The translations under genes were made by a program, and so were the position numbers. Below are positions 1 through 9,207 of a DNA stretch of 64,000 nucleotides, piece by piece (within the stretch, counting starts at the first letter, position 1; each line of letters begins with the position of its first letter). This DNA is from a virus: IMG/VR virus record IMGVR_UViG_3300021137_000010, positions 6,607 through 70,606 of that record; one strand, given 5' to 3'. The notes under the pieces were generated by a model. That model saw nothing but the letters and a program-made list of their open reading frames with translations, was not told the DNA's origin and did not search any database.

Positions 1-26
1 GCCACCATTGATAAAAAGTCCGATGA

Positions 27-290
27 TCATGCTGCGTGCACCCCAACTACCTCGTGTCCATTCACTGGCTTCAGCTTGAGGAGGTCATCCAACGGAACCG
101 TATGTCGATTCCCATTTTTACTGACCCGATATCCAGGCAGTACCTGATGGCCGTTGTACCACCCGCCTTTGCAATACGCGAGTGGTCTCAACTCGCCAGT
201 GACTTTGATTGAGTACAACCTCTGATTGGTGGTATTCCAAAAATAACCAGGGTACTTAATCGCAACGAACTCTCCGGGCAATACTACCAT
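27..290 (-). CDS. hypothetical phage protein
   Basis: ORF in a tightly packed minus-strand run; no recognised motif. Confidence 0.6.
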   Translation of the reverse strand: MVVLPGEFVAIKYPGYFWNTTNQRLYSIKVTGELRPLAYCKGGWYNGHQVLPGYRVSKNGNRHTVPLDDLLKLKPVNGHEVVGVHAA

Positions 291-481
291 TTTCGTGCTC
301 CTACAGGGTTAGAACATTGTGGACATTCGATGTAATGAATGACCTCGGACCCGCCACCGTAGTCACGCTCGATCCTCTCCTTCACATCTCTTGGTACGTA
401 TTCTAACGTAGCTCCACAATTGTGGCAAACAGCTTGTTTGACAATGGTTGGATGTGGAATGGTGCTGACAACGGTTACCAT
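284..481 (-). CDS. small zinc-ribbon protein
   Basis: CHNC...CPQC; coupled to neighbouring genes. Confidence 0.7.
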   Translation of the reverse strand: MVTVVSTIPHPTIVKQAVCHNCGATLEYVPRDVKERIERDYGGGSEVIHYIECPQCSNPVGARKW

Positions 482-482
482 G

Positions 483-977
483 TTAGGCTCCAGAAATCTC
501 TGTGTAGCTGTTTAGGAAAATCTTTTGATCGACAATCCAAGTATCAGTATAATCTTCGCGATTACGCACCACAAAGTCGCCTAGTTTGAAACGCTGTATA
601 TTTGGCATACCATCAATAGTTTCACCCCAGTTACCTTGTATACAAAAATCTGCCGATCCTAGCATAGTATTTGTAATTTGGCAAAACTCCACGCTGTTTT
701 CCTGCTTTGGATTACACACCATCCAGCCATCTGGATCAATTGCATCAACAGTATACTTGGATAGTAGTTTCTTTGCCGATTGCTGCCACGCATCATTACT
801 TTCACCAATACAAAACATTGCATCAGCATGTACTGGTTCTTTAGCCTCAAGTGTATCCACGAGAAATTTTGCCATTACAGTGCGATCAACAAGCAATGTT
901 ACCATTGGTTTGGCACGCAGGCCTTTTGTTTTACGACCCACTTTGTAAGTCAACTTGCTTGTATCTAATAGTTCCAT
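483..977 (-). CDS. hypothetical protein (PGDYG-like)
   Basis: C-terminal 'LGDFVVR...DTWIVDQKIFLNSY' resembles the PGDYG-type motif. Confidence 0.55.
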   Translation of the reverse strand: MELLDTSKLTYKVGRKTKGLRAKPMVTLLVDRTVMAKFLVDTLEAKEPVHADAMFCIGESNDAWQQSAKKLLSKYTVDAIDPDGWMVCNPKQENSVEFCQITNTMLGSADFCIQGNWGETIDGMPNIQRFKLGDFVVRNREDYTDTWIVDQKIFLNSYTEISGA

Positions 978-978
978 A

Positions 979-1980
979 TTATGCTCCTAACTTCCAAGTG
1001 CTTGGTGTGTGGATCTTTTGTTGACCACAGCCGACGCTTGGTTTGACATGTTCTGGGTGATCTTTCATCCAGTCCTGCACGTACCACAACTGACCGCATC
1101 CGCCGCCGATTGTATCTTGGCCAGCCGGGTCGAATACCCGGACATTGTATCCCTGCTCCAGCAGCTTATTCCCAAAGTCTACAGCCAAATCACGTTGGTA
1201 GTTGTTCTTCGCTTCTGCATGAGCATCACGTTCGCAGATTACAGATACAGTCGCTTCCCACACATATGGCGGAAACAGAGATACGATTCGCGACACGTCA
1301 TCATCGGTATTGTTACCGTCGTGAGCGCAGTAGTTGAAATACGGTTTGCGGCCGGTTTCCAAGAACCAATCTACACCCTCGTTTGCAATCTCTTGTAAGT
1401 TCATTTTCTTCTTGAACGGAATCAACTTGTCACGAGCTTCGTCTGTGCTTTCGTGAATGCTAAACTGCAGACCCACGGTAGGAATGCGAACACTCATGTC
1501 ACGGATCCAAGTGTAATCAACTTTTGGACCAGATGAGCTGATCAGCAGAGCAGCGTTTGGATACTTGGCGTATAGCACGTCAAACGCTTGTTCTAGTGCT
1601 TTGTTCAATGCCGGTTCGCCCATGCTCATTACCATGATCTGGAGCTTTTTGATCGCCGTCGGATCAACACCTTCGATTTGACTCGAGAGAATGTACTCAG
1701 CCTGTCCAACAATTTCTTCTGCAGTCAAGCTGCGAACAAAGTAATCGCCGGTTCCGCAAAACCGGCAACCCATTGGACAACCACACATTGTGGAAATGCA
1801 CAATACAGTACGCTCATCATACGTGGGGTACTTGTACAGCACTGATTCAACTGCGATGTCGTCCTTTTCAAAGACGTACTTCTTCACATGCTCTTTTTCG
1901 TCTTCAAAGACGTTGATGTTGGTCCACATATTTTTAGTCCTGATGTATGCGTCGTATTGTTTGTAATCGGGGTGAATCAT
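979..1980 (-). CDS. rlmN: RlmN/Cfr-family radical SAM RNA methyltransferase-like protein
   Basis: CISTMCGCPMGCRFC (CxxxCxxC), MSMGEP (cf. MGMGEP) and IGGGCGQL (cf. IxAACGQL); lacks the RlmN N-terminal domain. Confidence 0.85.
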   Translation of the reverse strand: MIHPDYKQYDAYIRTKNMWTNINVFEDEKEHVKKYVFEKDDIAVESVLYKYPTYDERTVLCISTMCGCPMGCRFCGTGDYFVRSLTAEEIVGQAEYILSSQIEGVDPTAIKKLQIMVMSMGEPALNKALEQAFDVLYAKYPNAALLISSSGPKVDYTWIRDMSVRIPTVGLQFSIHESTDEARDKLIPFKKKMNLQEIANEGVDWFLETGRKPYFNYCAHDGNNTDDDVSRIVSLFPPYVWEATVSVICERDAHAEAKNNYQRDLAVDFGNKLLEQGYNVRVFDPAGQDTIGGGCGQLWYVQDWMKDHPEHVKPSVGCGQQKIHTPSTWKLGA

Positions 1981-2234
1981 CGAACACCTCCGTTGCTAAA
2001 ATCATCATGCGCTGGAGGGATGCCGACGGTTTTTTCGTCGTCTTCGAATTGCACAGTACACCCACTGAATGCTTTATGCGAGTAGCGGTCCGCAAAATCA
2101 GATATCTCAGCCAAGTTAAACTCGATTTTTTTGACTTTGCGACCAGTGTCACGTTCGAGATATTCCTTGATGATGCTATCTACTGCTGCCTTCTCGAGTG
2201 ATGCGCTCACTGCGATCTTAAAGGTGTAGCTCAT
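1977..2234 (-). CDS. hypothetical protein
   Basis: ORF coupled to both neighbours. Confidence 0.65.
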   Translation of the reverse strand: MSYTFKIAVSASLEKAAVDSIIKEYLERDTGRKVKKIEFNLAEISDFADRYSHKAFSGCTVQFEDDEKTVGIPPAHDDFSNGGVR

Positions 2235-2235
2235 G

Positions 2236-3261
2236 TTACGCTCCTACTCCCCACTGAATCATTTCAAAGTGATCTTCGAAGCACTCATCGCTGCGAATTT
2301 CTGCAATTGGAACCCAACGTGCCTTTTCGGCGTCGTCAGCACCCTTTACCTTTGCAAGTGGACCGTCAGGCAACACGATCTTGAAGCAGTGTGTGATGAT
2401 ACGGCCACGAGGAGAACGATCGATCGCATCAAACACTTTGTTTGACTGAATGCTTCCACGCAACACTGGAGTTGGAACCTTGATCATCGTTTCTTCACGC
2501 AACTCACGCAACATCGCGTCTTCCACACTACGGTCGGTGTTTGCATTGACAAAACCACCAGGCAGTGCCCACAGTCCCTTACCAGGCTCAGAGCGGCGCT
2601 TGACCATCAAGATATGTCCACTTTGGATAACCAGTGCGTCAGCTGTGCTCAGGATCGGAGGATATTTCAAACCAGCGTATTGCTTTTTGTACTCAGTAAC
2701 GAATTCGCGCTCGCGCACAACTTGTTCGTGTTCTGGCGTATCGCAGAATTGGTTCAACAAATCAAATGTAGTAGGGGGGACGACGTTTCGAATGAAATTC
2801 ATGTTGGGATCGCGCTTGAAATACAAGTCGCGAATTTCAGACGCATCGAGTGGTTCCAGCAATTCAATTTCTTCGAAGCCCCATTGTGGGAACATTTCTA
2901 GGTAGTAAGAGCTCGGATCCTTCTTGTGGCCGATAATGCCAACTTTGTCACCGGGCTTGGTATGCTTTGCAACTAGTGCTTGCACGCGTGCAGCCCATGC
3001 TTGATCGTTATACAAACTATCAGGGTTCGGTTCAACGTGGAACGTCAGTGTTCCAGCCATGCCGTTCGTTGCCAGCTTGATCATTCGGCTACGTTCGTCG
3101 AATGTAAATGGATTCTTGTAGGTGCGAGGTTGGTGTGCGCTGCCAACGATGAAGACAACTTGTTCAGCAAGCGCTGTGGCTCGTTGAACTAGCAGCAAGT
3201 GAGCTGTATGGAAGGGCTGGAAGCGTCCGATAAGGACGAGGGTATCGTATTGTTTAGTCAT
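2236..3261 (-). CDS. nadM: bifunctional NMN adenylyltransferase / ADP-ribose pyrophosphatase (NadM-Nudix)
   Basis: IGRFQPFHTAH, KNPFTFDER, Nudix box GGFV...RELREET, GADDAEKARW. Confidence 0.93.
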   Translation of the reverse strand: MTKQYDTLVLIGRFQPFHTAHLLLVQRATALAEQVVFIVGSAHQPRTYKNPFTFDERSRMIKLATNGMAGTLTFHVEPNPDSLYNDQAWAARVQALVAKHTKPGDKVGIIGHKKDPSSYYLEMFPQWGFEEIELLEPLDASEIRDLYFKRDPNMNFIRNVVPPTTFDLLNQFCDTPEHEQVVREREFVTEYKKQYAGLKYPPILSTADALVIQSGHILMVKRRSEPGKGLWALPGGFVNANTDRSVEDAMLRELREETMIKVPTPVLRGSIQSNKVFDAIDRSPRGRIITHCFKIVLPDGPLAKVKGADDAEKARWVPIAEIRSDECFEDHFEMIQWGVGA

Positions 3262-3283
3262 TTCAAAATCCTTGAAAAATAAT

Positions 3284-3308
3284 GATGTGAAAGTCTATCT
3301 CTCACACC
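3284..3308 (-). promoter_or_regulatory. 10-bp leader hairpin (AUAGA loop) upstream of nadM
   Basis: GGUGUGAGAG-AUAGA-CUUUCACAUC with two G-U pairs that form only on the minus-strand RNA. Confidence 0.45.
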
Positions 3309-3340
3309 TGTATATATGATAGTTCAGTGAAGGGTTGGTC

Positions 3341-3976
3341 TCAACTGGGTGAATATTCATCAATCAAGTACTGGATGTTGAATCGAGCCTTTGCTTCCCA
3401 GTTAGTGCGAGCGTATTCTGTGTGGTAGATATTGTCCCGCACTTCCAAAAACTGCTTCAAGAATGTTGCACACTTACCGAGCGACTCTTCGTCGACATTT
3501 CCACCATTTTCTATAACGATGTTGCACTGCAGTTGCACAAATACATCAAGGTCGGATGTAAGTGCAACGAGATCAGCGTCAAGCAGCGTGGCGAGGTCAC
3601 TAAGTGGATCTAACTCAATCGACATTAGATGGTTTTTGATAGATGTTCGCCGAATCAGATTTTGAGCTGGTACAAGCACTGGATGATTCTTATCAAATCG
3701 ACACTTTTCCCAGTCTACCGCAAGAGCAGCAGCAGAGCAGCGTTCGTTTGAATCGCTTCCAGCACCTGGCACATAAACAGCATCGTGATACAGTGCTGCA
3801 ACCATCCAGGAAAGTGGTGCTTCTGAGTTAATTTCCTGCACTGCATCCATTACCGCTAATGCGTGCGCATAGTTGTGGTACTGTCGAAGGTCTCTGTCCA
3901 CGCTATACCGCACGTTTGCCATAGCGTTCATTAGAGTAAGGATTTCGTGGTCACGAGAGTGCATAGATGGTGTCAT
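3341..3976 (-). CDS. HD-superfamily metal-dependent phosphohydrolase
   Basis: YHNYAH...ALYHDAVY...SNE.SA...LLDADL. Confidence 0.8.
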   Translation of the reverse strand: MTPSMHSRDHEILTLMNAMANVRYSVDRDLRQYHNYAHALAVMDAVQEINSEAPLSWMVAALYHDAVYVPGAGSDSNERCSAAALAVDWEKCRFDKNHPVLVPAQNLIRRTSIKNHLMSIELDPLSDLATLLDADLVALTSDLDVFVQLQCNIVIENGGNVDEESLGKCATFLKQFLEVRDNIYHTEYARTNWEAKARFNIQYLIDEYSPS

Positions 3977-4024
3977 AAAATATCCTTGAACTTGTGAACA
4001 GTATCCACACTTCCAAAAAAGGGA

Positions 4025-4264
4025 TCAACTTTCTTTTACCATCTCGACTGTGCGGGAGTATGTGTCTTCATTGTCCCAAAACTCACGAAACGTGATAATG
4101 AACGTAGCGCCTTTCTGAGACTTTTGCAAATACTCCCACCAGAACGAACGGGTGGTGTACTTGAACAATGTAACTGCGTCATATCCTACGAATGCACGTT
4201 GTTCAATTTCCCGACATTTTGCTCGGCACTCTGCAAGTATTTCTGAATAATCAGGGGCTGTCAT
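4025..4264 (-). CDS. hypothetical protein
   Basis: start refined to MTAPDY, overlapping the upstream stop. Confidence 0.55.
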   Translation of the reverse strand: MTAPDYSEILAECRAKCREIEQRAFVGYDAVTLFKYTTRSFWWEYLQKSQKGATFIITFREFWDNEDTYSRTVEMVKES

Positions 4265-4560
4265 TATCGACCTTTCCAAAAAGTTGCTTCCTCCACAAGA
4301 CGGGCGGTGACTGCTTTTTGAATAAGCGCTTGTCCTTCTTCGCTTGTCGCCCACCACCGCTTGACTGCGTGTTCCACAGTTGATATCACTACTTCACGAG
4401 CAGCTTTATCGATAGTCGCCTGAATCACGTCAGGATGACAAGCACGGTCAATAGCCAACTTGAGTTCGGCACTGAAGTCGAGTTCTCGTTCTGCAAACGC
4501 GTGAATGATCGTTTGCTTCATGTGCTCGACTTCGAGGGTCACTCGTGGAATATCGTACAT
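4264..4560 (-). CDS. hypothetical protein
   Basis: coupled ORF. Confidence 0.65.
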   Translation of the reverse strand: MYDIPRVTLEVEHMKQTIIHAFAERELDFSAELKLAIDRACHPDVIQATIDKAAREVVISTVEHAVKRWWATSEEGQALIQKAVTARLVEEATFWKGR

Positions 4561-4562
4561 GA

Positions 4563-4811
4563 TTAGTCGTCCAATTCTTCGATATCATCGACATCGACAT
4601 CACCATCACTGAATCGGAATCCGCAGGAATCCAAATCTAGCGAGTCGGGAAATTCAAGCTCTGCAGCAAATGATCCTTCGTTCTGCCCGTAGTCTTCACA
4701 GAACCGATCATCTTTAACGAATCGAGTTGCCTTAGCTTCGTCACGAAACCAATCCATCGTGGCAGAGCCATCACCACAATTCCGAACCAATCCAAATACT
4801 TTTTGTACCAT
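4563..4811 (-). CDS. hypothetical acidic protein
   Basis: coupled ORF with an acidic tail. Confidence 0.65.
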   Translation of the reverse strand: MVQKVFGLVRNCGDGSATMDWFRDEAKATRFVKDDRFCEDYGQNEGSFAAELEFPDSLDLDSCGFRFSDGDVDVDDIEELDD

Positions 4812-5048
4812 TTAGTTTCCTTGTTTAAAAATATGCATCTCGCACATGGAGTGCTCTTGCTCGAACAATATGATTGAGTCCATGTCAGGGACAGTGCAAC
4901 CCCATCCAATTAGCTTGGTTACGCTACCTTTAAACGCTTCATTCCGATTCCAAGGATGTGCGGAAACTGCACGCTGAAATTTACAGTTGCAGCAACATCG
5001 ACCTTTAGCGTTGGCAGATTCTTCCCACCCGATAAAACACTTAGCCAT
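4812..5048 (-). CDS. Cys-rich hypothetical protein
   Basis: start refined to MAKCF; CCCNC and further Cys/His residues. Confidence 0.6.
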   Translation of the reverse strand: MAKCFIGWEESANAKGRCCCNCKFQRAVSAHPWNRNEAFKGSVTKLIGWGCTVPDMDSIILFEQEHSMCEMHIFKQGN

Positions 5049-5166
5049 TTGTTCGTACCTTTGCGTTTTTGCGAATCTTCTTTGCAACTCGCATGATAAG
5101 ATACCAGTAGTATCCCAACACAAACGTCACTACGAACGGAGAGATGTAATCAAGGAATGCGTTCAT
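5041..5166 (-). CDS. 41-aa single-TM protein (below ORF-track cutoff)
   Basis: hand translation MNAFLDYISPFVVTFVLGYYWYLIMRVAKKIRKNAKVRTNG; fills the gap between genes. Confidence 0.5.
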   Translation of the reverse strand: MNAFLDYISPFVVTFVLGYYWYLIMRVAKKIRKNAKVRTNG

Positions 5167-5176
5167 AGAATGATGT

Positions 5177-5758
5177 TTATCGTTTTGCTAATTTTGCTTC
5201 TACTTGTTGTTTGTTGACAACTATCAGCTGTTTACTGTACTTCTTCACCGGACGGGTGGTCTTGGACGGAGATGCCAGCATGAGCTGCACTACACCGTAC
5301 CCATCGTCGTATACCCTTGCAGGCAGACCCTTCACTACGTAGATGCAGTTGGTGAACACAACGTAGTCGCCAATCGAAATCGGTTGGCTAAGCAAATCCG
5401 TGACCCCGGTCGTGGGGTACCAGTCTGCTAAAAGACGTTCGCCGACGTTGACCTTATCCATCCAGTAGGAGTAGTTACTCTGAGTGCCTCCACCATACTG
5501 AGCGTTGCTTTCGCTGTAATATGCAATTTTTTCACGAAGTTCTTGCTCCGTGAACCGCCGACGTTCGGATAGCTCTAGGATATCAGTACGGTCAGTGTAC
5601 GCACGTTTAAGGTAGTCAGTCCCGCCATCAACTGCGATTGCGCCACACGTGCACCGGTTGAAATCATGTCGGTGAACAGATTCGATCTCATCCCCGCATT
5701 TGTTGCACTTGGCGGCGTTGCGGGTGGTGACATAAAAGTCATGGTCGTCCTTCAACAT
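5177..5758 (-). CDS. zinc-binding hypothetical protein, two-domain fusion
   Basis: N-terminal CNKC...HRHDF..C.CG...VDGG domain; C-terminal 'DLLSQPISIGDYVVF' beta domain. Confidence 0.7.
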   Translation of the reverse strand: MLKDDHDFYVTTRNAAKCNKCGDEIESVHRHDFNRCTCGAIAVDGGTDYLKRAYTDRTDILELSERRRFTEQELREKIAYYSESNAQYGGGTQSNYSYWMDKVNVGERLLADWYPTTGVTDLLSQPISIGDYVVFTNCIYVVKGLPARVYDDGYGVVQLMLASPSKTTRPVKKYSKQLIVVNKQQVEAKLAKR

Positions 5759-5984
5759 ACAGTTCTCCCAAATCAGTAAGTGGACCAATGCGGTTGATTT
5801 CGCGACTAACGTTTGTCATTATCGTATAGCTGGATATCACGTTGCCATCCAGCAGTCGTTCACCCATTTCGACAAGCAAGCGTCTGTTTTCTGGTTTTGC
5901 GCTAACGGCTTTATTTCCAGCGTTCGCAATGTGTTGCTGCCCACTACCTGGATACGTAATTAACAGCATGTAAAAATCGTTCAT
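5739..5984 (-). CDS. hypothetical protein
   Basis: coupled ORF. Confidence 0.55.
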   Translation of the reverse strand: MNDFYMLLITYPGSGQQHIANAGNKAVSAKPENRRLLVEMGERLLDGNVISSYTIMTNVSREINRIGPLTDLGELYVEGRP

Positions 5985-5992
5985 GTCCAGGA

Positions 5993-6211
5993 TTACTTAC
6001 GGAACTGGGTCAATACAGTGGTGGCGAGAGTTAGATCCTCGACGTCGTCAAAAAAGTTGGCAGCGTAGAGCTCGAGGTCAGTCTTGGCTTGATTGAGCAA
6101 CTCTGTCGCATACGCGTGGTCGTCTGGCCCCATTTTTGCATACCAGTCTTGAATGGTTGTTGCGGACGAGTTGAGTAGAAAACTGAGGTTTTCTTGATCA
6201 TGTGGGTTCAT
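5993..6211 (-). CDS. hypothetical protein
   Basis: AGGAG RBS; coupled ORF. Confidence 0.65.
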   Translation of the reverse strand: MNPHDQENLSFLLNSSATTIQDWYAKMGPDDHAYATELLNQAKTDLELYAANFFDDVEDLTLATTVLTQFRK

Positions 6212-6401
6212 TTAAATACTCCTTTGAAAGACGGGTAAGCTTCATACGCCAAAATGTTCGGTATACACGAGCAGCGGTGGTGCGGTGCGATGATTGTATC
6301 CCCACGCTGAGGTGACTATCACGAAACCTACAAAACCGTTTAGGCCGAGGCATCCCGTTCAGTAAGCGCTGCGAAATTCGCTCATATGCACTAGTCATCA
6401 T
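6198..6401 (-). CDS. hypothetical basic protein
   Basis: coupled ORF. Confidence 0.45.
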   Translation of the reverse strand: MMTSAYERISQRLLNGMPRPKRFCRFRDSHLSVGIQSSHRTTAARVYRTFWRMKLTRLSKEYLNEPT

Positions 6402-6580
6402 AGCATATCCTCATTGTGTTGGGAACGTGCGGCGTCGAATGCAGCTCGTATCCACAGTTCGGCATTAACTGGCTTTCCAGTTTCACTGAACTGTGTCATG
6501 CTTTCGAAAAAACGCTCACTACGGAGACTAAACGACTCAATCTCGTTCCACCAGTCTTCGAAAGTTTCGTATTGGTTCAT
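6398..6580 (-). CDS. hypothetical protein
   Basis: ATGA overlaps at both ends. Confidence 0.6.
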   Translation of the reverse strand: MNQYETFEDWWNEIESFSLRSERFFESMTQFSETGKPVNAELWIRAAFDAARSQHNEDML

Positions 6581-6786
6581 ACTACAATGTCCTTTGACAC
6601 CAACTCACTCAACACGCTCATAATCTCTTTTTGCTTGTGCAACGGCATGTCAAGCATGACGTTAGTAAGCAGTGTAGACAATGCACCAGCTGCATACGCA
6701 TCAGTACCGAACTCTTTACGAGCAGCGCTGGTGAACAGAGTGAGCTGTTGGTTGATAAATTCGCGATTGTATTTGGTCTTAGACAT
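6577..6786 (-). CDS. hypothetical protein
   Basis: coupled ORF. Confidence 0.6.
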   Translation of the reverse strand: MSKTKYNREFINQQLTLFTSAARKEFGTDAYAAGALSTLLTNVMLDMPLHKQKEIMSVLSELVSKDIVV

Positions 6787-6798
6787 GATGCATATTCA

Positions 6799-7080
6799 TT
6801 AAACAGCTGTGAATTCCACCCAGAAATGGCTAGACGCAGCAAGCGAAGCTCCACCGCGGAACGACGCCCAATGGTCACCGTGTTCTTTCATAAACAAAAC
6901 CAGACCCGCATCTGCAAGCAACTTGGCAACGGTAGAAGCGAAGCGAGCAGAGTCCATTCCGTTACGGTAGAAGTAACCACGACGAATGATGATAGTTCCA
7001 TCTTTCTTCTGTCCGATTCCGTCAGAGCGACTCTCGAGTGCTTTGCGAACTTGCGAAATGAGAGTAGGTTGCTTTGCCAT
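6799..7080 (-). CDS. early hypothetical protein
   Basis: directly downstream of a sigma70-like promoter; AAGGAAG RBS. Confidence 0.7.
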   Translation of the reverse strand: MAKQPTLISQVRKALESRSDGIGQKKDGTIIIRRGYFYRNGMDSARFASTVAKLLADAGLVLFMKEHGDHWASFRGGASLAASSHFWVEFTAV

Positions 7081-7112
7081 TTTGAACTTCCTTAATTACT
7101 TACGATGAGGTA

Positions 7113-7140
7113 ATTATCCCCCATTTAGGGTAAAGGTCAA
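7113..7140 (-). promoter_or_regulatory. sigma70-like early promoter
   Basis: TTGACC-N16-GATAAT; member of a recurring family. Confidence 0.7.
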
Positions 7141-7400
7141 CGCCTTTTTGTCGCTCCGATGCGATTATTTTTGTTCCAACCGTAGTCGGTACCGTCTGGT
7201 AACCTACCATCAGCAACTGCGTCCACACCAGATTTACCAACGCTGTTGGTATTTTCACTAACGATTGAGACAAACTGCATTCCAACCTTTCGAAAGCCTT
7301 CAGCATACCGCAACGCTTCAGCCAAGGAGTCTAGGAAATGTGAGTGTGGCCATTCTGTGACCGGGTCGGTGTAGTACACTACGTATCGAATTTCATCCAT
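7137..7400 (-). CDS. hypothetical protein
   Basis: start refined to MDEIRY. Confidence 0.65.
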   Translation of the reverse strand: MDEIRYVVYYTDPVTEWPHSHFLDSLAEALRYAEGFRKVGMQFVSIVSENTNSVGKSGVDAVADGRLPDGTDYGWNKNNRIGATKRR

Positions 7401-7439
7401 TTTGGTATTCCTGTTGAATGACTTATTGTATACAAACGA

Positions 7440-7466
7440 GAAAAAGGGCTCAACGGGCCCCTTTTC
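7440..7466. terminator. intrinsic terminator
   Basis: AAAAAGGGCTC-AAC-GGGCCCCTTTT. Confidence 0.65.
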
Positions 7467-7480
7467 TACCATATTAATTA

Positions 7481-8545
7481 TTACTTGCTTGGAATCACTA
7501 GTTTCTGACCAACTGCGATGAAGTTGGGGTTAGCCAAGTTGTTACGAGACTGGATGTCACTGTACTTCTTGATGTCACCGAGCTGGGCTAGTGCAATCGT
7601 ACTCAAAGTGTCACCTTTAACCACAACGTAGCTGACTTCACCTGAGCTAACACGACGGACCGCTGCAACAGCAGTGCTCATAAAATATGACTTCAACATT
7701 GTTGTGTATTCAGGGGTGTCGATTGACTTCCGAATCGCGCTATTCAATGCAGCCAGCAAATCTACATCTCCCTTGCGCACGCCAATGCTGTATTTGATGT
7801 CGGAACCTTTGATCTTAGTTTGCGCAAATTGCAGGTTAGTGCCTTCAACTTCAGCTACAGCGAACGGATAGTCGTACATCACCGCGTCTACTTGCTTGGA
7901 AGCGATGTGACCTACAATCCATTTTCCATTCACGTCGGCTTTATCAGACAGTTCAATCAGTTTTGCATCTGGGAATGCTTGCTCAGCGAACGCTTTCGCA
8001 TCCGGATCACCCTGCAAGATGCCGATTCGCATACCCGCGCCAGGAGATTCGCCCTTAGCCATGATCAAGCTGTAACCGAAATCTTTCACATACGGAATCG
8101 TATACACAACTCCTGGATTATCTTCATCATTCAGCGTAATGCCGTCAATAATGATGTCGACCTTTTTATTGGTAAGCAGTTGCTTAGGCAAATCAGCGTA
8201 TGTTTCAACCTGCGCACTCGTATCTACCTTGGTGATGCCTTTGAACTCAGTCTGAGCGAATAGAATCTTCATAAAGTCAACGTTAAAGCCTTTTGCGCGG
8301 CCACCTTCGTCGCTATAAAACGGCTTAGAAGGATTTTGCACACTAGCTTGTACCATCTTAGTCCCGATGATGTTAGCCAAGCGCCCGCCAGCTACTTCTG
8401 CTACAACAGAACCACGTGGGAGAGTGGCCGACGTGTTAGAATGGCCGATAAGCGAATCGACTTTTGCTTTGAATGAAGCATCGCTAAAATACCCAGCGAC
8501 TAACACGACTACGAGAAATGCGACTGAACTGATGAGTTTGTTCAT
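7481..8545 (-). CDS. periplasmic substrate-binding protein (family 3-like) with C-terminal LysM domain
   Basis: N-terminal signal/TM; 'GFNVDF', 'VDIIIDGIT', 'YSIGVRKGD'; LysM 'YVVVKGDTLSTIA...NPNFIAVGQKLVIP'. Confidence 0.85.
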   Translation of the reverse strand: MNKLISSVAFLVVVLVAGYFSDASFKAKVDSLIGHSNTSATLPRGSVVAEVAGGRLANIIGTKMVQASVQNPSKPFYSDEGGRAKGFNVDFMKILFAQTEFKGITKVDTSAQVETYADLPKQLLTNKKVDIIIDGITLNDEDNPGVVYTIPYVKDFGYSLIMAKGESPGAGMRIGILQGDPDAKAFAEQAFPDAKLIELSDKADVNGKWIVGHIASKQVDAVMYDYPFAVAEVEGTNLQFAQTKIKGSDIKYSIGVRKGDVDLLAALNSAIRKSIDTPEYTTMLKSYFMSTAVAAVRRVSSGEVSYVVVKGDTLSTIALAQLGDIKKYSDIQSRNNLANPNFIAVGQKLVIPSK

Positions 8546-8560
8546 TTTTGTTCCTTAAGG

Positions 8561-9043
8561 TTATTCCAAATCAATAGGGCTAACCGTTACCCGATCTTCA
8601 ATGTATACTGGTACCGGTTTACCGGTCTTGTGATTAACACACATCACCCAAGTGCCATCTGCGGAAGCGGGGCTATACAGACCGTTCGGATCAGATTGCG
8701 GCAACACCACATAATGACTGGAAGCATAGTGCTCAGTCTGAGGGTTGGTGTATTGCGTCGCATACGGCAGTCCATAGCCGATGCTGTCACAACGCTTGTG
8801 GAGCTTACCGTTCATGTCGGTGATATAAGTGGTAGTTGCTACATCCTTGTCACGTAGTTCAAGAATATCTTTCATCATGCGTTTTTCAGCAAAGTTGGGA
8901 ATAGACGGCATACCGACTGCTTCGACTGCTTGCAAGCTCATTGCCTCTTGCTGCTTCGATTCGCGTTGATGTGACGTTTCCGGACCACAGCCAGCCAACA
9001 TAGTTGCTGCTGTAAGTGCTGCGATAATATAAAGTGTTTTCAT
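8561..9043 (-). CDS. lipoprotein
   Basis: MKTLYIIAALTAATMLAGC lipobox. Confidence 0.75.
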   Translation of the reverse strand: MKTLYIIAALTAATMLAGCGPETSHQRESKQQEAMSLQAVEAVGMPSIPNFAEKRMMKDILELRDKDVATTTYITDMNGKLHKRCDSIGYGLPYATQYTNPQTEHYASSHYVVLPQSDPNGLYSPASADGTWVMCVNHKTGKPVPVYIEDRVTVSPIDLE

Positions 9044-9207
9044 GTAATCTTTCTGAATTTGATGTTGCCGCATTTTTCACATTGAAGGTGATAGTTTGTA
9101 CCTATCGGGATGGTCATTTCGCTATCACTACACAGTAGAACGGTTTTGTGTATTACCCAACGATGGTCGCACCCGCCCACTAACCAATACCATAGTTTGT
9201 ATAACAT
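9040..9207 (-). CDS. 55-aa zinc-ribbon-like protein (below cutoff)
   Basis: hand translation MLYKLWYWLVGGCDHRW...QCEKCGNIK...; overlaps both neighbours by 1-4 nt. Confidence 0.55.
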   Translation of the reverse strand: MLYKLWYWLVGGCDHRWVIHKTVLLCSDSEMTIPIGTNYHLQCEKCGNIKFRKIT

